A stretch of 64,000 nt of DNA from assembly GCA_045641365.1 (NCBI GenBank), contig JAZUGT010000077.1, positions 26,493 through 90,492 on the forward strand, written 5' to 3'. Below, in pieces: positions 39,328 through 49,848 of the stretch. The position numbers and the translations under genes were made by a program. The number at the start of each line of letters is the position of its first letter. The stretch's first letter is position 1. Under the pieces are notes generated by a model. That model saw only the letters and a program-made list of their open reading frames with translations. It was not told where the DNA came from and did not search any database. The DNA is from Lachnospiraceae bacterium (GTDB taxonomy: Bacteria; Bacillota; Clostridia; Lachnospirales; Lachnospiraceae).

Positions 39328-40770
39328 ATGAAGAGAAGATACAAGGTTGATTATGACACGTTTGTCAATTGCTATGAGCAGATTGCTCATGTTAAGACAG
39401 ATCTGATATATGGTAATACAGAGTATGTTAAGGATCCATTCATATCATACGTTGTTCCAGTATATAAGCGTCCGGATCTGCTTAGTGAGACTCTTGACAG
39501 TATATTGAATCAGGAACCTGTAGATATAGCATGGGATATTGTAGTTGTAGATAATGAGCCAGAAGCTGGCAATGAGACTGAGCAGCTGATACGAAGACTT
39601 GATAATCCAAGAATCCTATATTACCGCAACAGTGAAAATGTCGGTGTAGACGGCAATTACAATAAGTGTATTGAGGCAGCAAGAGGTGAGTGGGTAGCAA
39701 TGATCCACGGAGATGATCTGATTACGGCAGATCATCTTAAGAATTCAGTAAGAGACATTGCTGAAGCAAGCGCGAACAAGCGAATTAAGCCAGCATATAT
39801 ATGTCAGCGTTATATTGACTTTTCAGATAGGGAATTAGTCCACCTTAACAGAGAGAAGGCAAGTGGTAAGCATTCCAGGGTTCTTAAGGAGGTCTATAAC
39901 GATGGGAAGCTTAAGAGGCTGACGCAGTCATATGGTGTCTTCACAGGCTTTTTCGGAGCATTACCATCATTTGGCACACTGATGAACAGGCAGATAATGC
40001 TAAACGAGGGCGGATTCAATGTGGATCTTGGAATTTGCGAAGATGTAATTACTCCATATAAGCTGGCAGACAAGTATGGTGTATATATGACGTCAGTGAT
40101 AATGGGATATCACAGATTTGAAAATAGTGAATCTATGAAGATAGAGACCATAAAGAAGATATATGCCAGTATGGTTGATTTCAGAGAGTATATGTACAGT
40201 TCATCAGTGGTTGCGAGAATCTGGGCATACTTTGCAAGAGACATAATGAACAAGGAACTAAGAAACTACTGTATCGGTCTGTCAAGATTCAGCTCTAGGA
40301 GAATTACCATTAGCGAACTCAATGAAATCTATGCACCACAGGAAGTTGGGAGTATAAGAGAATTCATATTCAAGATAATAATAGAGACATATTACAGAAT
40401 CAATGGACTGATGGATTATGATGGAATGATTCAGTTTACGCTGGACTACAGGCGAGGCGAGATTGAGAAGGCAGTTATGGCTGGAGATGGTATACTGTTA
40501 TATGGAGCAGGTGCGGCAACCCGTTCGTTAATCCCTAAGCTGCGAAAGAACTTTCCAGGGATAAATATTATAGGATGTGCAGTATCAGGTGAGAGTGATC
40601 AGAGGAAGATATATGGTATACCAATCAGTCGAATCGATGAACTTGAACTTGATAAGGATAAGACTTCGGTGATTACATCTACAGTAATATGGGAATATAC
40701 AGAAGAGATGAATGCGAAGCTGGAAGAACTGGGATACGAAAAAGTAATCAATTTTATTGATATGGAATAA
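39328..40770 (+). CDS. GT2 glycosyltransferase with C-terminal GxG module
   Basis: ISYVVPVYKR, VVVDN, NVG..NYN, HGDD, CED; ILLYGAG. Confidence 0.85.
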   Translation: MKRRYKVDYDTFVNCYEQIAHVKTDLIYGNTEYVKDPFISYVVPVYKRPDLLSETLDSILNQEPVDIAWDIVVVDNEPEAGNETEQLIRRLDNPRILYYRNSENVGVDGNYNKCIEAARGEWVAMIHGDDLITADHLKNSVRDIAEASANKRIKPAYICQRYIDFSDRELVHLNREKASGKHSRVLKEVYNDGKLKRLTQSYGVFTGFFGALPSFGTLMNRQIMLNEGGFNVDLGICEDVITPYKLADKYGVYMTSVIMGYHRFENSESMKIETIKKIYASMVDFREYMYSSSVVARIWAYFARDIMNKELRNYCIGLSRFSSRRITISELNEIYAPQEVGSIREFIFKIIIETYYRINGLMDYDGMIQFTLDYRRGEIEKAVMAGDGILLYGAGAATRSLIPKLRKNFPGINIIGCAVSGESDQRKIYGIPISRIDELELDKDKTSVITSTVIWEYTEEMNAKLEELGYEKVINFIDME

Positions 40771-40794
40771 TTATTGCTGGAGATAAGAGTAGAA

Positions 40795-42192
40795 ATGAGA
40801 TCTTGTAAAAAGTGTTTTGAATATGTATATGTGTTCGTAGGTGGCGATGTCAGAATGTGCCCATGGAATGGTGTGGTTATTGGCAATCTCCTTGAAAATA
40901 CACTCGAAGAGATATGGAAGAGCGAAAAGGCTGAAGAGGTAAGACGAGCTTTCATGCGCGGTGAACTACTAGGATGCAGTGAGAGATTCTGTCCAGACTG
41001 TATTCAAAAGAAGACCAGACTCGAAATGGAGCCGGAAGAAGTACAATCTTTATACGATAATATGCCTAATCTCCCAACCAGGATTTCGCTGGCATATGAT
41101 GAGAGATGTAATCATGCATGTCCATCATGCAGGCATGATTTCTTCAAGGCAGACTGCGAATACATGAGCAAGCTTGACCTGATTACAAAGAATATCGAGC
41201 CGTACTTGTCGAATGCAATAGACATTGCAACTAATGGAATAGGTGATCTCTTTGTCTCAACAGAGATTGTTGATATGCTTTCAAGGTTTGAACCTAAGAG
41301 CCCGGATTTTAAATTGTTCATAGAGACCAATGGCGTTCTATTCAAGAAGAATTGGGATAAGCTTAAGCATCTTGCAGGCAAGAATATTACTGTCTCTGTG
41401 ACACCGAACAGCTTTGATAGAGAGACCTACAGATATCTTGCAGGAAGAGATGATCTCGAACAGTTCGAGGAAAGCTTAGCATTTATCACAGAGCTTAAGC
41501 ATCAGGGTGCAATATCGAAAATCAGACTTATTATGGTAATTCAGGATAGTAACTTCAGACAGATACCCCAGTTTATTCAGAAGGGTATTGACTATGACTG
41601 CGATGATATTGTGCTTCGCCCAATATTCAAATGGTTTGGGATGAACGAGGATGAAGTTCTATATAAGAATGTGCTTAATCCAGCGCATCCTTATTATAAG
41701 GAATATATGGAGATTATTCAGGATCCAATATGCCAGGATCCACGAGTATTCAACTGGGGATTTCAGGAAGAGCAGGAAGCAATAGAGTTCCCTACGCTTG
41801 AGATGAAGAGAGAATGGGAACAGCTAAGAATATTTAGAGGAGAATATGATAAGAACTGTGAATTTGAAAGTGATGTAATCGCACGAATTGACAGAATAAG
41901 AGATAGACTGACAGGTAAAAAGATTGTAATCTTCGGCGCTGGAAAGGCCGGAAAGATTCTGCTTGAAGCAATAACATCAGGACAGGAAACAGCTGATGTA
42001 GCTGGATTTGCTGTAACCTGTAAGGACTGCAATGACAATTATTATATGGGAGTTCCAATAAGAGGAATTGATGAATATAGTAACTGGAGTCAGTATACAG
42101 TTGTAATTGCAACAGTTATTGATTCATATCGGGAGGAAATGGTTGAGACCTGTAAGACACTAGGAATTAACGATTATATTGAATTGAACTAA
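40795..42192 (+). CDS. Radical SAM protein with N-terminal SPASM-like domain and C-terminal GxG module
   Basis: CNHACPSC (CxxxCxxC), ETNG; N-terminal C..C...GDVRMCP..IGNL..LEEIW..C...C..C. Confidence 0.82.
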   Translation: MRSCKKCFEYVYVFVGGDVRMCPWNGVVIGNLLENTLEEIWKSEKAEEVRRAFMRGELLGCSERFCPDCIQKKTRLEMEPEEVQSLYDNMPNLPTRISLAYDERCNHACPSCRHDFFKADCEYMSKLDLITKNIEPYLSNAIDIATNGIGDLFVSTEIVDMLSRFEPKSPDFKLFIETNGVLFKKNWDKLKHLAGKNITVSVTPNSFDRETYRYLAGRDDLEQFEESLAFITELKHQGAISKIRLIMVIQDSNFRQIPQFIQKGIDYDCDDIVLRPIFKWFGMNEDEVLYKNVLNPAHPYYKEYMEIIQDPICQDPRVFNWGFQEEQEAIEFPTLEMKREWEQLRIFRGEYDKNCEFESDVIARIDRIRDRLTGKKIVIFGAGKAGKILLEAITSGQETADVAGFAVTCKDCNDNYYMGVPIRGIDEYSNWSQYTVVIATVIDSYREEMVETCKTLGINDYIELN

Positions 42193-42213
42193 TGACTGAT
42201 TGAGGATATTCGC

Positions 42214-43251
42214 ATGGGAAAGATTAAGCTTCTTGACTGTACACTCAGAGATGGAGGGTACGTCAATAATTGGGAATTTGGACAAAGTAATATAGTTAGC
42301 ATACTTAAGAATATGCTTTCAACAGGTGTTGATATTGTCGAGGCGGGATTTATCAGGGACGTTAAGTACGATGAGAATAAGGCCGTTTTTGCAGAACTCT
42401 CTGAGCTTGATGCGATGATGGCATCTGAAGGTATTGAGAAGGGTAATGCATCTATTGCCACTATGGCTGAGATTGCACATCCAATTCCTCTTGCTCATAT
42501 TGCTGATGCTTCTACCACAGGGTGTGATATCATTCGAGTGATCGTATGGAAGAGCAAGCATACTGAAGACGGCGAGGTTGTAGATGCACTCCAGGAGAGC
42601 TATGAGTACTGTAAAGGAATTGTGGAGAAGGGATATAAGCTCTGTGTACAGCCTAACCGTACGGATCAGTACAGTGATGAAGAGTTCGAGAATATGCTCA
42701 GACTGTTCGCAAAGCTGTCGCCATATGCGATATATGTCGTAGACAGCTGGGGAACGATGTACTCCGGTAAGGTACTTCATTATATGGATATTGCAGACAG
42801 GGTTCTTCCAAGGGAAATAGCAGTAGGATTCCATGGTCATAACAATATGATGCAGGCGTTCAGCACAGCAGAAAAGATTATCGAGAGAGAATATGACAGA
42901 GACGTCATATTGGATGCCAGTGTGGATGGAATCGGAAGAGGTGCAGGCAATCTCAACCTCGAGCTTATAGCAAGATATATGAATGAGATATGTGGAACAG
43001 ACTACAGACTTGAGCCAATGTATGAGGTATATGATTCATATATCAAGAAGCTTAAGGAGGAGCATACATGGGGAAGCACATTCCCATTCGTTCTTTCTGC
43101 AATGAACAATGCTAATCCTAACTATGCTGCATACTATTCTAAGGATCTTACGCTTAAGCAGATGCAGGAAGCATATGACAGTATGGAAGGTGAAGATATA
43201 GTATTATACACGAATGACTTAGCTCAGAGATATAAGGATAAGATTCTATGA
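42214..43251 (+). CDS. DRE-TIM metallolyase (4-hydroxy-2-oxovalerate aldolase / HMGL-like)
   Basis: LLDCTLRDGG, YVVDSWG, GFHGHNN, GIGRGAGNL. Confidence 0.85.
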   Translation: MGKIKLLDCTLRDGGYVNNWEFGQSNIVSILKNMLSTGVDIVEAGFIRDVKYDENKAVFAELSELDAMMASEGIEKGNASIATMAEIAHPIPLAHIADASTTGCDIIRVIVWKSKHTEDGEVVDALQESYEYCKGIVEKGYKLCVQPNRTDQYSDEEFENMLRLFAKLSPYAIYVVDSWGTMYSGKVLHYMDIADRVLPREIAVGFHGHNNMMQAFSTAEKIIEREYDRDVILDASVDGIGRGAGNLNLELIARYMNEICGTDYRLEPMYEVYDSYIKKLKEEHTWGSTFPFVLSAMNNANPNYAAYYSKDLTLKQMQEAYDSMEGEDIVLYTNDLAQRYKDKIL

Positions 43252-44048
43252 CAAAGAGTAATATGACACAGGTATATAGAGAACTTAGAAAAGATATATT
43301 GTATCTTTCACATAAGTGTCAGGATGGTAATCTGCAGAGTGCTTTTTCCTGTATAGATACATTATGGGTATTGTATTCAGAGATAATGAACTGGTCACCA
43401 GATAATGCTACAGCTGATGACAGGGATATATTTATCATAAGCAAGGGTCAGGCAACGTTAGCTCTCTATCCAGTCCTGATTAGAAAGGGATTCTTCACAA
43501 TGGATGAGATAGCATCATCCATTGGTAAGTTCGATTCGAGATTCTGCAATCAGGTAGATGTAACTAAGTTTGCAGGCGGTATTGAGAATAGCGCAGGAAG
43601 TCTGGGACATGGTCTCCCGTTCGCAACAGGAATTGCCATGGCAAATAAGATTAAAAAGCTTGATTCGATGACATATGTACTGTGCGGTGATGGTGAATTT
43701 ACAGAAGGTACCATGTGGGAGAGCTGTATACTGGCAGGGACACATAAGCTTGATAATCTATGTGTAATAATAGATGATAACGATTCGGTATCTGCAATGG
43801 TAGATATGGGAAGCATGTCAGACAAGCTAAAGGCTTTTGGATTCGATGTATATGAGACAGATGGACATAATCCCGAAGATATTCGAAAGACCTTTAACTT
43901 TAAGCGAGATGGGAAGCCTATAGCTATAATTACTCATACAGTCAGAGGATATGGAAGCCAGACTCTGATTGAGAATGATGTATGGTTCCATAAGGCTCCT
44001 AATGAAGAGGAACTTGAGTTACTTCAGAAGGAGGTGGATGAGTTTTGA
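43248..44048 (+). CDS. Split transketolase-like N-terminal (ThDP-binding) subunit, divergent
   Basis: GSLGHGL and GDGE..EG..WE..N ThDP motif; SKGQ in place of SKGH. Confidence 0.85.
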   Translation: MTKSNMTQVYRELRKDILYLSHKCQDGNLQSAFSCIDTLWVLYSEIMNWSPDNATADDRDIFIISKGQATLALYPVLIRKGFFTMDEIASSIGKFDSRFCNQVDVTKFAGGIENSAGSLGHGLPFATGIAMANKIKKLDSMTYVLCGDGEFTEGTMWESCILAGTHKLDNLCVIIDDNDSVSAMVDMGSMSDKLKAFGFDVYETDGHNPEDIRKTFNFKRDGKPIAIITHTVRGYGSQTLIENDVWFHKAPNEEELELLQKEVDEF

Positions 44049-44920
44049 GAAGAGCATTTTTAGGTAAAATTGCGAAGATGATTCCTGAAGAGCCAGATAC
44101 AGTCTTTATGACTGTTGACATTGGTATGTGGGCAATCCGGGATGCGCTCAGCCAGTATCCTGAGAGATGTATGAATGTTGGAATCTTCGAAGATGCGATG
44201 ATGAGTGTGGCAGCAGGAATGTCCAGTAGAGGTCTTGTCCCTACAGTATTCGGTATTCAGCCGTATCTTATAGAGAGAGCATATGAGCAGATCAAGATGG
44301 ATATGGCATATATGAAGTATGGTGTTAATGTTGTTGGAACTGGTGCTGCAATAGACTATTCCAAGTATGGATATTCTCACTACTGTGCTGAAGATCTTGC
44401 GATTATTAAGCAGCTTCCAGGCGTCGAGTTCATTGCTCCTGGAACCGCTAATGAATTCAGGACACTATTTGAAGCTGGATACAGAAATGGCCATCCGACA
44501 TTCTATAGAATTAGCGATCATCCCAACAGGAATTATGACATTGATGTCGAATTTGGAAAGGCTACAGTGATTAAGAAGGGCAGCAGGGCAACAGTCATAG
44601 CAGTATCAGTAATGCTTGATATGGTTATGGAGGCATGCAGAGATGAGGATGTTACCGTTCTGTATTATACAACTCTGGCCCCATTTGATTCCAAGACGCT
44701 AGTTGAAAACTGTGACAGTGGCAGAATAGTTGTATGTGAGCCACATTTTGCGGGAAGTCTCGATAGCGATATACTAAGCGCTTTCGAAGGAAGACAGGTG
44801 TGCATTGAGCATGTTGGACTTCCAAGAGAGATATACAGGAACTATGGAACCTATGAGGATAAGATGGACTATTACGGTGTAAACGCGCAGGCTATCAGTG
44901 AGAAGATCAGAAGACTATGA
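44045..44920 (+). CDS. Split transketolase-like C-terminal subunit
   Basis: TTG start overlapping the upstream stop, AAGGAGG RBS; NVGIFE, RAYEQIK, GYSH, CEPH. Confidence 0.85.
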   Translation: MRRAFLGKIAKMIPEEPDTVFMTVDIGMWAIRDALSQYPERCMNVGIFEDAMMSVAAGMSSRGLVPTVFGIQPYLIERAYEQIKMDMAYMKYGVNVVGTGAAIDYSKYGYSHYCAEDLAIIKQLPGVEFIAPGTANEFRTLFEAGYRNGHPTFYRISDHPNRNYDIDVEFGKATVIKKGSRATVIAVSVMLDMVMEACRDEDVTVLYYTTLAPFDSKTLVENCDSGRIVVCEPHFAGSLDSDILSAFEGRQVCIEHVGLPREIYRNYGTYEDKMDYYGVNAQAISEKIRRL

Positions 44921-45759
44921 AAGAAAGAGATATTAGGCTATTTGCAAATGACATAAGACATGAGATTGTTAGTGCCATGAACTCCAAGGGTGGAGGTCAT
45001 ATAGGCGGATGCCTGTCTATGACCGATCTTGTTGCAGTTCTATACAGTGGAGTTATGAAGGTGGATTCTGCCAATCCTGACTGGAAGGAGAGAGATTATC
45101 TTGTATGCTCCAAGGGACATTGTGCGCCAGCAATCTATTCTGCGCTTGCGCTCAGGGGATTCTTTCCCAAGGAATGGCTGGCAGATCTCAACAAGCCAGG
45201 GACTAATCTTCCAGGGCATAGCGACAGAAATAAGGTTCCAGGGATAGATGCAACAACTGGTTCGCTTGGACAGGGATTATCTATTGCATGCGGACTTGCT
45301 CATTCTATTAAGGTGGCAGGCAGCAGTCAGATGGTATACTGTATCACTGGTGATGGCGAGAATGACGAAGGCCAGATATGGGAAGCAGCCATGTATGCTG
45401 CTAATTACGGACTTAATCATCTTGTGATGTTCCTTGACTGGAACAAGAAGCAGATTGATGGTACGAACGACCAGGTAATGAAGCTTTTTGATATAGAAGC
45501 GAAGTACAGAGAGTTCGGATGGTATACCCAGAAGATTGATGGCAACGATGTAGGCTTAATATTGGCAGCCATTCAGAATATCAAGGATGGAAAGAATGGT
45601 GATAAGCCATCATTCATTTTGTTGGATACAGTAAAGGGTGCTGGAATTGAATGCGTAGAGAAGATAGAGAGCAATCACTGTATTGGAGTTCCGGATGCAC
45701 TGGCAGGTGAGTGTTTTGCCGAGCTTGATGCAGCAAGAGACAGAATCATGGGAGAATAG
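44917..45759 (+). CDS. Split transketolase N-terminal subunit
   Basis: GGHIGG, SKGH, LPGH, TGSLGQG, GDGE..EGQIWE..N, TVKG. Confidence 0.92.
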   Translation: MKERDIRLFANDIRHEIVSAMNSKGGGHIGGCLSMTDLVAVLYSGVMKVDSANPDWKERDYLVCSKGHCAPAIYSALALRGFFPKEWLADLNKPGTNLPGHSDRNKVPGIDATTGSLGQGLSIACGLAHSIKVAGSSQMVYCITGDGENDEGQIWEAAMYAANYGLNHLVMFLDWNKKQIDGTNDQVMKLFDIEAKYREFGWYTQKIDGNDVGLILAAIQNIKDGKNGDKPSFILLDTVKGAGIECVEKIESNHCIGVPDALAGECFAELDAARDRIMGE

Positions 45760-45761
45760 TT

Positions 45762-46718
45762 ATGAGCAAGGTTATATATACAGGAACTGCTCCTAAGAGA
45801 GAGATTTCGCAGATATTTACGGATACAATGAAGTCGTTAATTACCGAAGATAGCGATGTAGTATATATTGATGCCGATCTCATGGCGTCAATGCGATCGA
45901 AGGAATTGTGGGAGGCATTCCCTAAGAATGTTTTCAATACGGGTATTCAGGAGGCCAACATGATAGGCGTGGCAGCAGGAATGTATCTGTATGGAAAGAA
46001 GCCATATGTTCATTCGTTTGCTCCATTTGCGACAAGAAGATGCTTTGACCAGATATATGAGAGTATTGGATATGCTAAGAAGAGTCTTCGTATAATTGGA
46101 AGTGAGCCAGGAATATGTGCAACTGACAATGGTGGAACTCATATGACCTTCGAAGATATAGCACTTATAAGGACGATTCCAGATTCAGTCATTTTTGATA
46201 TCAGTGACGGAGCAGTCTTTGAGAGCGCACTTAGAATGACGAAGGATATGGACGGAGTCATATATATAAGGACACCGAGAAGAGGGCTGGCTGACATATA
46301 TGATGATTCGGAGCGTTTCGAGATCGGTCATGGCAAGCTTGTCCACGAAGGCACTGACTGTACTGTCATCGCCTCAGGTATAATGGTTGCAACAGCATAC
46401 GCAGCAGCACTTGAACTCGAGAAGAAAGGAATTAGTGTAGAGCTAATAGATCCTATAACCATTAAGCCTTTGGATGAGGATATGATTATCAATTCCACAA
46501 TGAAGACGGGGAAAGTGATTACGATTGAGAATCACAGCGTCTACGGCGGTCTGGGTGGAACTGTAAGCGAACTGTTGTCAGAGAGATGTCCTACTCTTAT
46601 GAGGCGAATTGGTATGAGAGATGAGTTTGGACAGGTGGGTAACGAGGCATATCTCAGAGAGTGCTATGGACTTACTGTAGATGATATTGTTGCTTCAGTT
46701 GAAAGTTTTTGTAGGTGA
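45762..46718 (+). CDS. Split transketolase C-terminal subunit
   Basis: DADL, GIQEANM, RRCFDQ, NGGTH, TIKPLD, ENHSVYGGLG. Confidence 0.92.
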   Translation: MSKVIYTGTAPKREISQIFTDTMKSLITEDSDVVYIDADLMASMRSKELWEAFPKNVFNTGIQEANMIGVAAGMYLYGKKPYVHSFAPFATRRCFDQIYESIGYAKKSLRIIGSEPGICATDNGGTHMTFEDIALIRTIPDSVIFDISDGAVFESALRMTKDMDGVIYIRTPRRGLADIYDDSERFEIGHGKLVHEGTDCTVIASGIMVATAYAAALELEKKGISVELIDPITIKPLDEDMIINSTMKTGKVITIENHSVYGGLGGTVSELLSERCPTLMRRIGMRDEFGQVGNEAYLRECYGLTVDDIVASVESFCR

Positions 46719-46722
46719 TGCT

Positions 46723-47472
46723 ATGGGAAAATTAGAGAATAAAGTCGCAATTGTTACTGGTGGTACATCCGGCATTGGAGAGGCCTGTGTAGATATCTTT
46801 ATTGAGAATGGTGCGAAGGTTGTATTCTGTGGAAGAAGTGAAGAGAAGGGGCAGGCTATATGTGAACGTCTTAGAGCTAAGTATGGTGCAGAATGTCCTA
46901 TGCTGTTCGTAAAGTGTGATGTCAGCATTGAGGCTGACGACAGGAATCTCATTGACAGAACAATTGAAGCATATGGAAGAATAGATATTCTCTTTAATAA
47001 TGCCGGTGTTATGCTTCCGTCCATGGAAGTTGAGCGTATGCCAATAGATGAGTGGAGACAGACTTTTGACATTAATATCACAGGAATGTTCATGGTGACA
47101 AAGTTCGCCAAGCCATATCTATTAGAAAGCAAGGGCGTGATTCTTAACAATGGCTCTATTGCCGGACTGCAGTATTACGCAGCAGGAAGATCATATGCAT
47201 ATAGTGCCTCCAAGGCAGCTGTTATCCAGTTTTCACATCAGATGGCTAAGAACTATGGTGAGGATGGTATCAGAGTTAACTGTATATGTCCTGGAATAAT
47301 AGAGACTCCAATTCTTCATGGAAGAGATCCTAAGATATATGAGGACAGGATACCACTTGGAAGAGTTGGTACACCATACGATGTTGCCAAGGTAGCATTA
47401 TTCCTAGTTTCGGATGATTCGGACTATCTTACAGGAGAAGTACTTACGGTTGATGGTGGAGCATCATTATAG
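46723..47472 (+). CDS. Short-chain dehydrogenase/reductase
   Basis: TGGTSGIG, NNAG, YSASK, RVNCICPG. Confidence 0.93.
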   Translation: MGKLENKVAIVTGGTSGIGEACVDIFIENGAKVVFCGRSEEKGQAICERLRAKYGAECPMLFVKCDVSIEADDRNLIDRTIEAYGRIDILFNNAGVMLPSMEVERMPIDEWRQTFDINITGMFMVTKFAKPYLLESKGVILNNGSIAGLQYYAAGRSYAYSASKAAVIQFSHQMAKNYGEDGIRVNCICPGIIETPILHGRDPKIYEDRIPLGRVGTPYDVAKVALFLVSDDSDYLTGEVLTVDGGASL

Positions 47473-47510
47473 ATAACCGATTAATTATCTGGTAATAGAA
47501 AGAGAGAACC

Positions 47511-49010
47511 ATGAAGACACTAATTTTTCACATTGGAACATATAAGACTGGCTCAACATCACTCCAGGAATTACTTTATAATAATAGAAATGAGCTGCAA
47601 TCGTTATATGGTATATGCTATCCGGATCTGAATGCATATACCTCCCTGGTGCCTAAAGCGGGAAACTGTATGAATATGGGTGAGAGCGATGCCAGTCTTG
47701 AAAAAACGACAGATGATATCAGAGTAATTCTGGAAGAGAATGATATCGCTATATTATCAACGGAGAATTTCTGGGGATATCAGATAGACAAGAAAGAACG
47801 CGTTATCAATGCGCTATTGGGCTTAGGCGTATGTCTAAAGGTAATTGTATATATACGAAGACAGGATCTGTATCTGGACAGTCTGTGCAATCAGCTGATT
47901 AAGCAGGATGCACAATATCTGTATGATGACAGTGAGGGTTGGCAGAGTGGTATTCGAAGATGGTTCAATGCAGATTATTTCGAACATCTCGAGGCTATCG
48001 AAAGGCTGATTGGCAAGGATAATCTAATTGTAAGGAGATTTGAACCAGCAAGATTCTGGGGTTCGGATCTATATACCGATTTCTTTCATTCACTGGAGTT
48101 GGATGTGGATGTCACGAAACTGAATGTTCCTCCACGGCAAAATGAATCACTAAACAACTATATGCGTGAGTTAAAGAGAATATGTAACCGTGTATTAAAA
48201 CCATACTGTGCCCGCAAGATTTGGCCGTATGAAGAGGAGGCAGATCTTATATCGGCAATTTTAAGTGCTAATGACAAGCAGAATTGTACAGAGAAGAGCA
48301 ATTTCTATACAAAACAGCAGAGACAGGATATTCTTGAATACTATGCAGAGGATAACAGAAGGACTTCTGAAAGATACTTTGATGGCGAGGAATTATTTGA
48401 TAACACTATTGAATGCAACGAGCAGAAGACCAACCTGGTATCTCCAGAGATGATTGAAAGCATAATATTGGTCGGAACAGAGGTCTATTGGAGAATGAAA
48501 ACTCAGATGGCTAATCGTCCAGACAATACACGTCGCGTTGTTATACTAGAGAGGATGATGAGGCAGACGTGGCATAAGATGAATGATATTGAAGGGAGTC
48601 CGTGGGAGCCGACTGATGAAGAAGCGGAATATGCTGATGCGTATAAGAAATATGGCAGTTATCAGGACTTATATGATCGCATGTATGTAATATCATCGAT
48701 AGGGGATATCTGGAATCGGATTGAGAATCATAATGTAATAATCTATGGTGCAGGAAGCATTGGAAGAAATGTGGCAGAGGAACTTTCTACAGGCGAAAGG
48801 ATTGCAAAGATTAAGAATATTGTAGTAACGTCCACACCATCGGCAGAGGTATACTGTGTAGGACATAAGGTCTGTAGCATAGAAGATATTGTTTTTGACG
48901 ATGACGATAGGATAATCATTGCTACAATCAGCGAAGAATATAAGTGGCAGATGATTGATAAGTGCATTGAGCTAGGGGTAAAAGATAATCAGCTGGTTGT
49001 ATTAGTTTAG
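47511..49010 (+). CDS. Sulfotransferase-fold (P-loop) protein with C-terminal GxG module
   Basis: HIGTYKTGSTSLQ, ILSTE, VYIRRQD..S; VIIYGAGSIG. Confidence 0.65.
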   Translation: MKTLIFHIGTYKTGSTSLQELLYNNRNELQSLYGICYPDLNAYTSLVPKAGNCMNMGESDASLEKTTDDIRVILEENDIAILSTENFWGYQIDKKERVINALLGLGVCLKVIVYIRRQDLYLDSLCNQLIKQDAQYLYDDSEGWQSGIRRWFNADYFEHLEAIERLIGKDNLIVRRFEPARFWGSDLYTDFFHSLELDVDVTKLNVPPRQNESLNNYMRELKRICNRVLKPYCARKIWPYEEEADLISAILSANDKQNCTEKSNFYTKQQRQDILEYYAEDNRRTSERYFDGEELFDNTIECNEQKTNLVSPEMIESIILVGTEVYWRMKTQMANRPDNTRRVVILERMMRQTWHKMNDIEGSPWEPTDEEAEYADAYKKYGSYQDLYDRMYVISSIGDIWNRIENHNVIIYGAGSIGRNVAEELSTGERIAKIKNIVVTSTPSAEVYCVGHKVCSIEDIVFDDDDRIIIATISEEYKWQMIDKCIELGVKDNQLVVLV

Positions 49011-49058
49011 TAACGAATATTTGAATAATGCTGATGATTTGCAGGAAAGAGGAGAATT

Positions 49059-49775
49059 ATGGTTACAGCTTTGATTTTTGCTGGAGGAACAGGTAGAAGA
49101 ATGAATACGCATTCTAAGCCTAAGCAGTTTCTTGAACTCCATGGTAAACCGGTTATTATATATACATTAGAACATTTTGAATATCATGAGATGATAGACA
49201 GCATTGTCATAGTATGTCTTAAGAATTCTATTGATGAACTGAAAAATATGTTGAATCGCTACGGAATCAAGAAGGTTACTCAGATTATTCCTGGCGGAGA
49301 GACAGCTCATGACTCAATCTACAATGGACTGTGCGCAATGAAGGCAGTTAATTCCAAGGATGATATAGTGCTGATTCATGATGGAGTGCGTCCTTTAATT
49401 AACAGAGAACTGATTACTGCTAATATTGAGGCGGTAAAAGCATATGGCAATGGAATAACATCAGAGCCAGCGTCTGAGAGTGTGCTTAGAAGTACAGATG
49501 GAATCAATGTTGACGAGGTTCCCAATAGGGATCTGATGTATGTGGCGAAGGCACCGCAGTCTTTCTATTATGGGGATATAGTGAGTGTATATGAGAAGGC
49601 AGCAGAGGATGGAATAAAGTCCATTGACTCTTCTCATCTGCTTAGTATGTATGGTATTCCTATGCATATTGTCCCTAGCGTTAAGGATAATATCAAAATA
49701 ACTGAGCCTAAGGACTTCTATGTATTCAGAGCATTATATGAGGCTATGGAGAATCAGCAGATATTGGGATATTAG
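49059..49775 (+). CDS. IspD/TarI-family cytidylyltransferase
   Basis: IFAGGTGRRM..PKQF, IHDGVRP, PQSF, NIKIT; sits in a glycan locus. Confidence 0.9.
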   Translation: MVTALIFAGGTGRRMNTHSKPKQFLELHGKPVIIYTLEHFEYHEMIDSIVIVCLKNSIDELKNMLNRYGIKKVTQIIPGGETAHDSIYNGLCAMKAVNSKDDIVLIHDGVRPLINRELITANIEAVKAYGNGITSEPASESVLRSTDGINVDEVPNRDLMYVAKAPQSFYYGDIVSVYEKAAEDGIKSIDSSHLLSMYGIPMHIVPSVKDNIKITEPKDFYVFRALYEAMENQQILGY

Positions 49776-49848
49776 CTGGCTGTAAGCTCAGAATTTCTGA
49801 GTCGAAGTAGTAAGCGGATAAGGAATGAAAGGGCGGTAGATACTAACG

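Noticed and set aside
49059-49775. Housekeeping ispD of the MEP pathway
   Set aside because: It sits in a glycan operon with an extended SDR and LicD and has no ispF, so a TarI/AbpA-like role is more likely. No symbol assigned.
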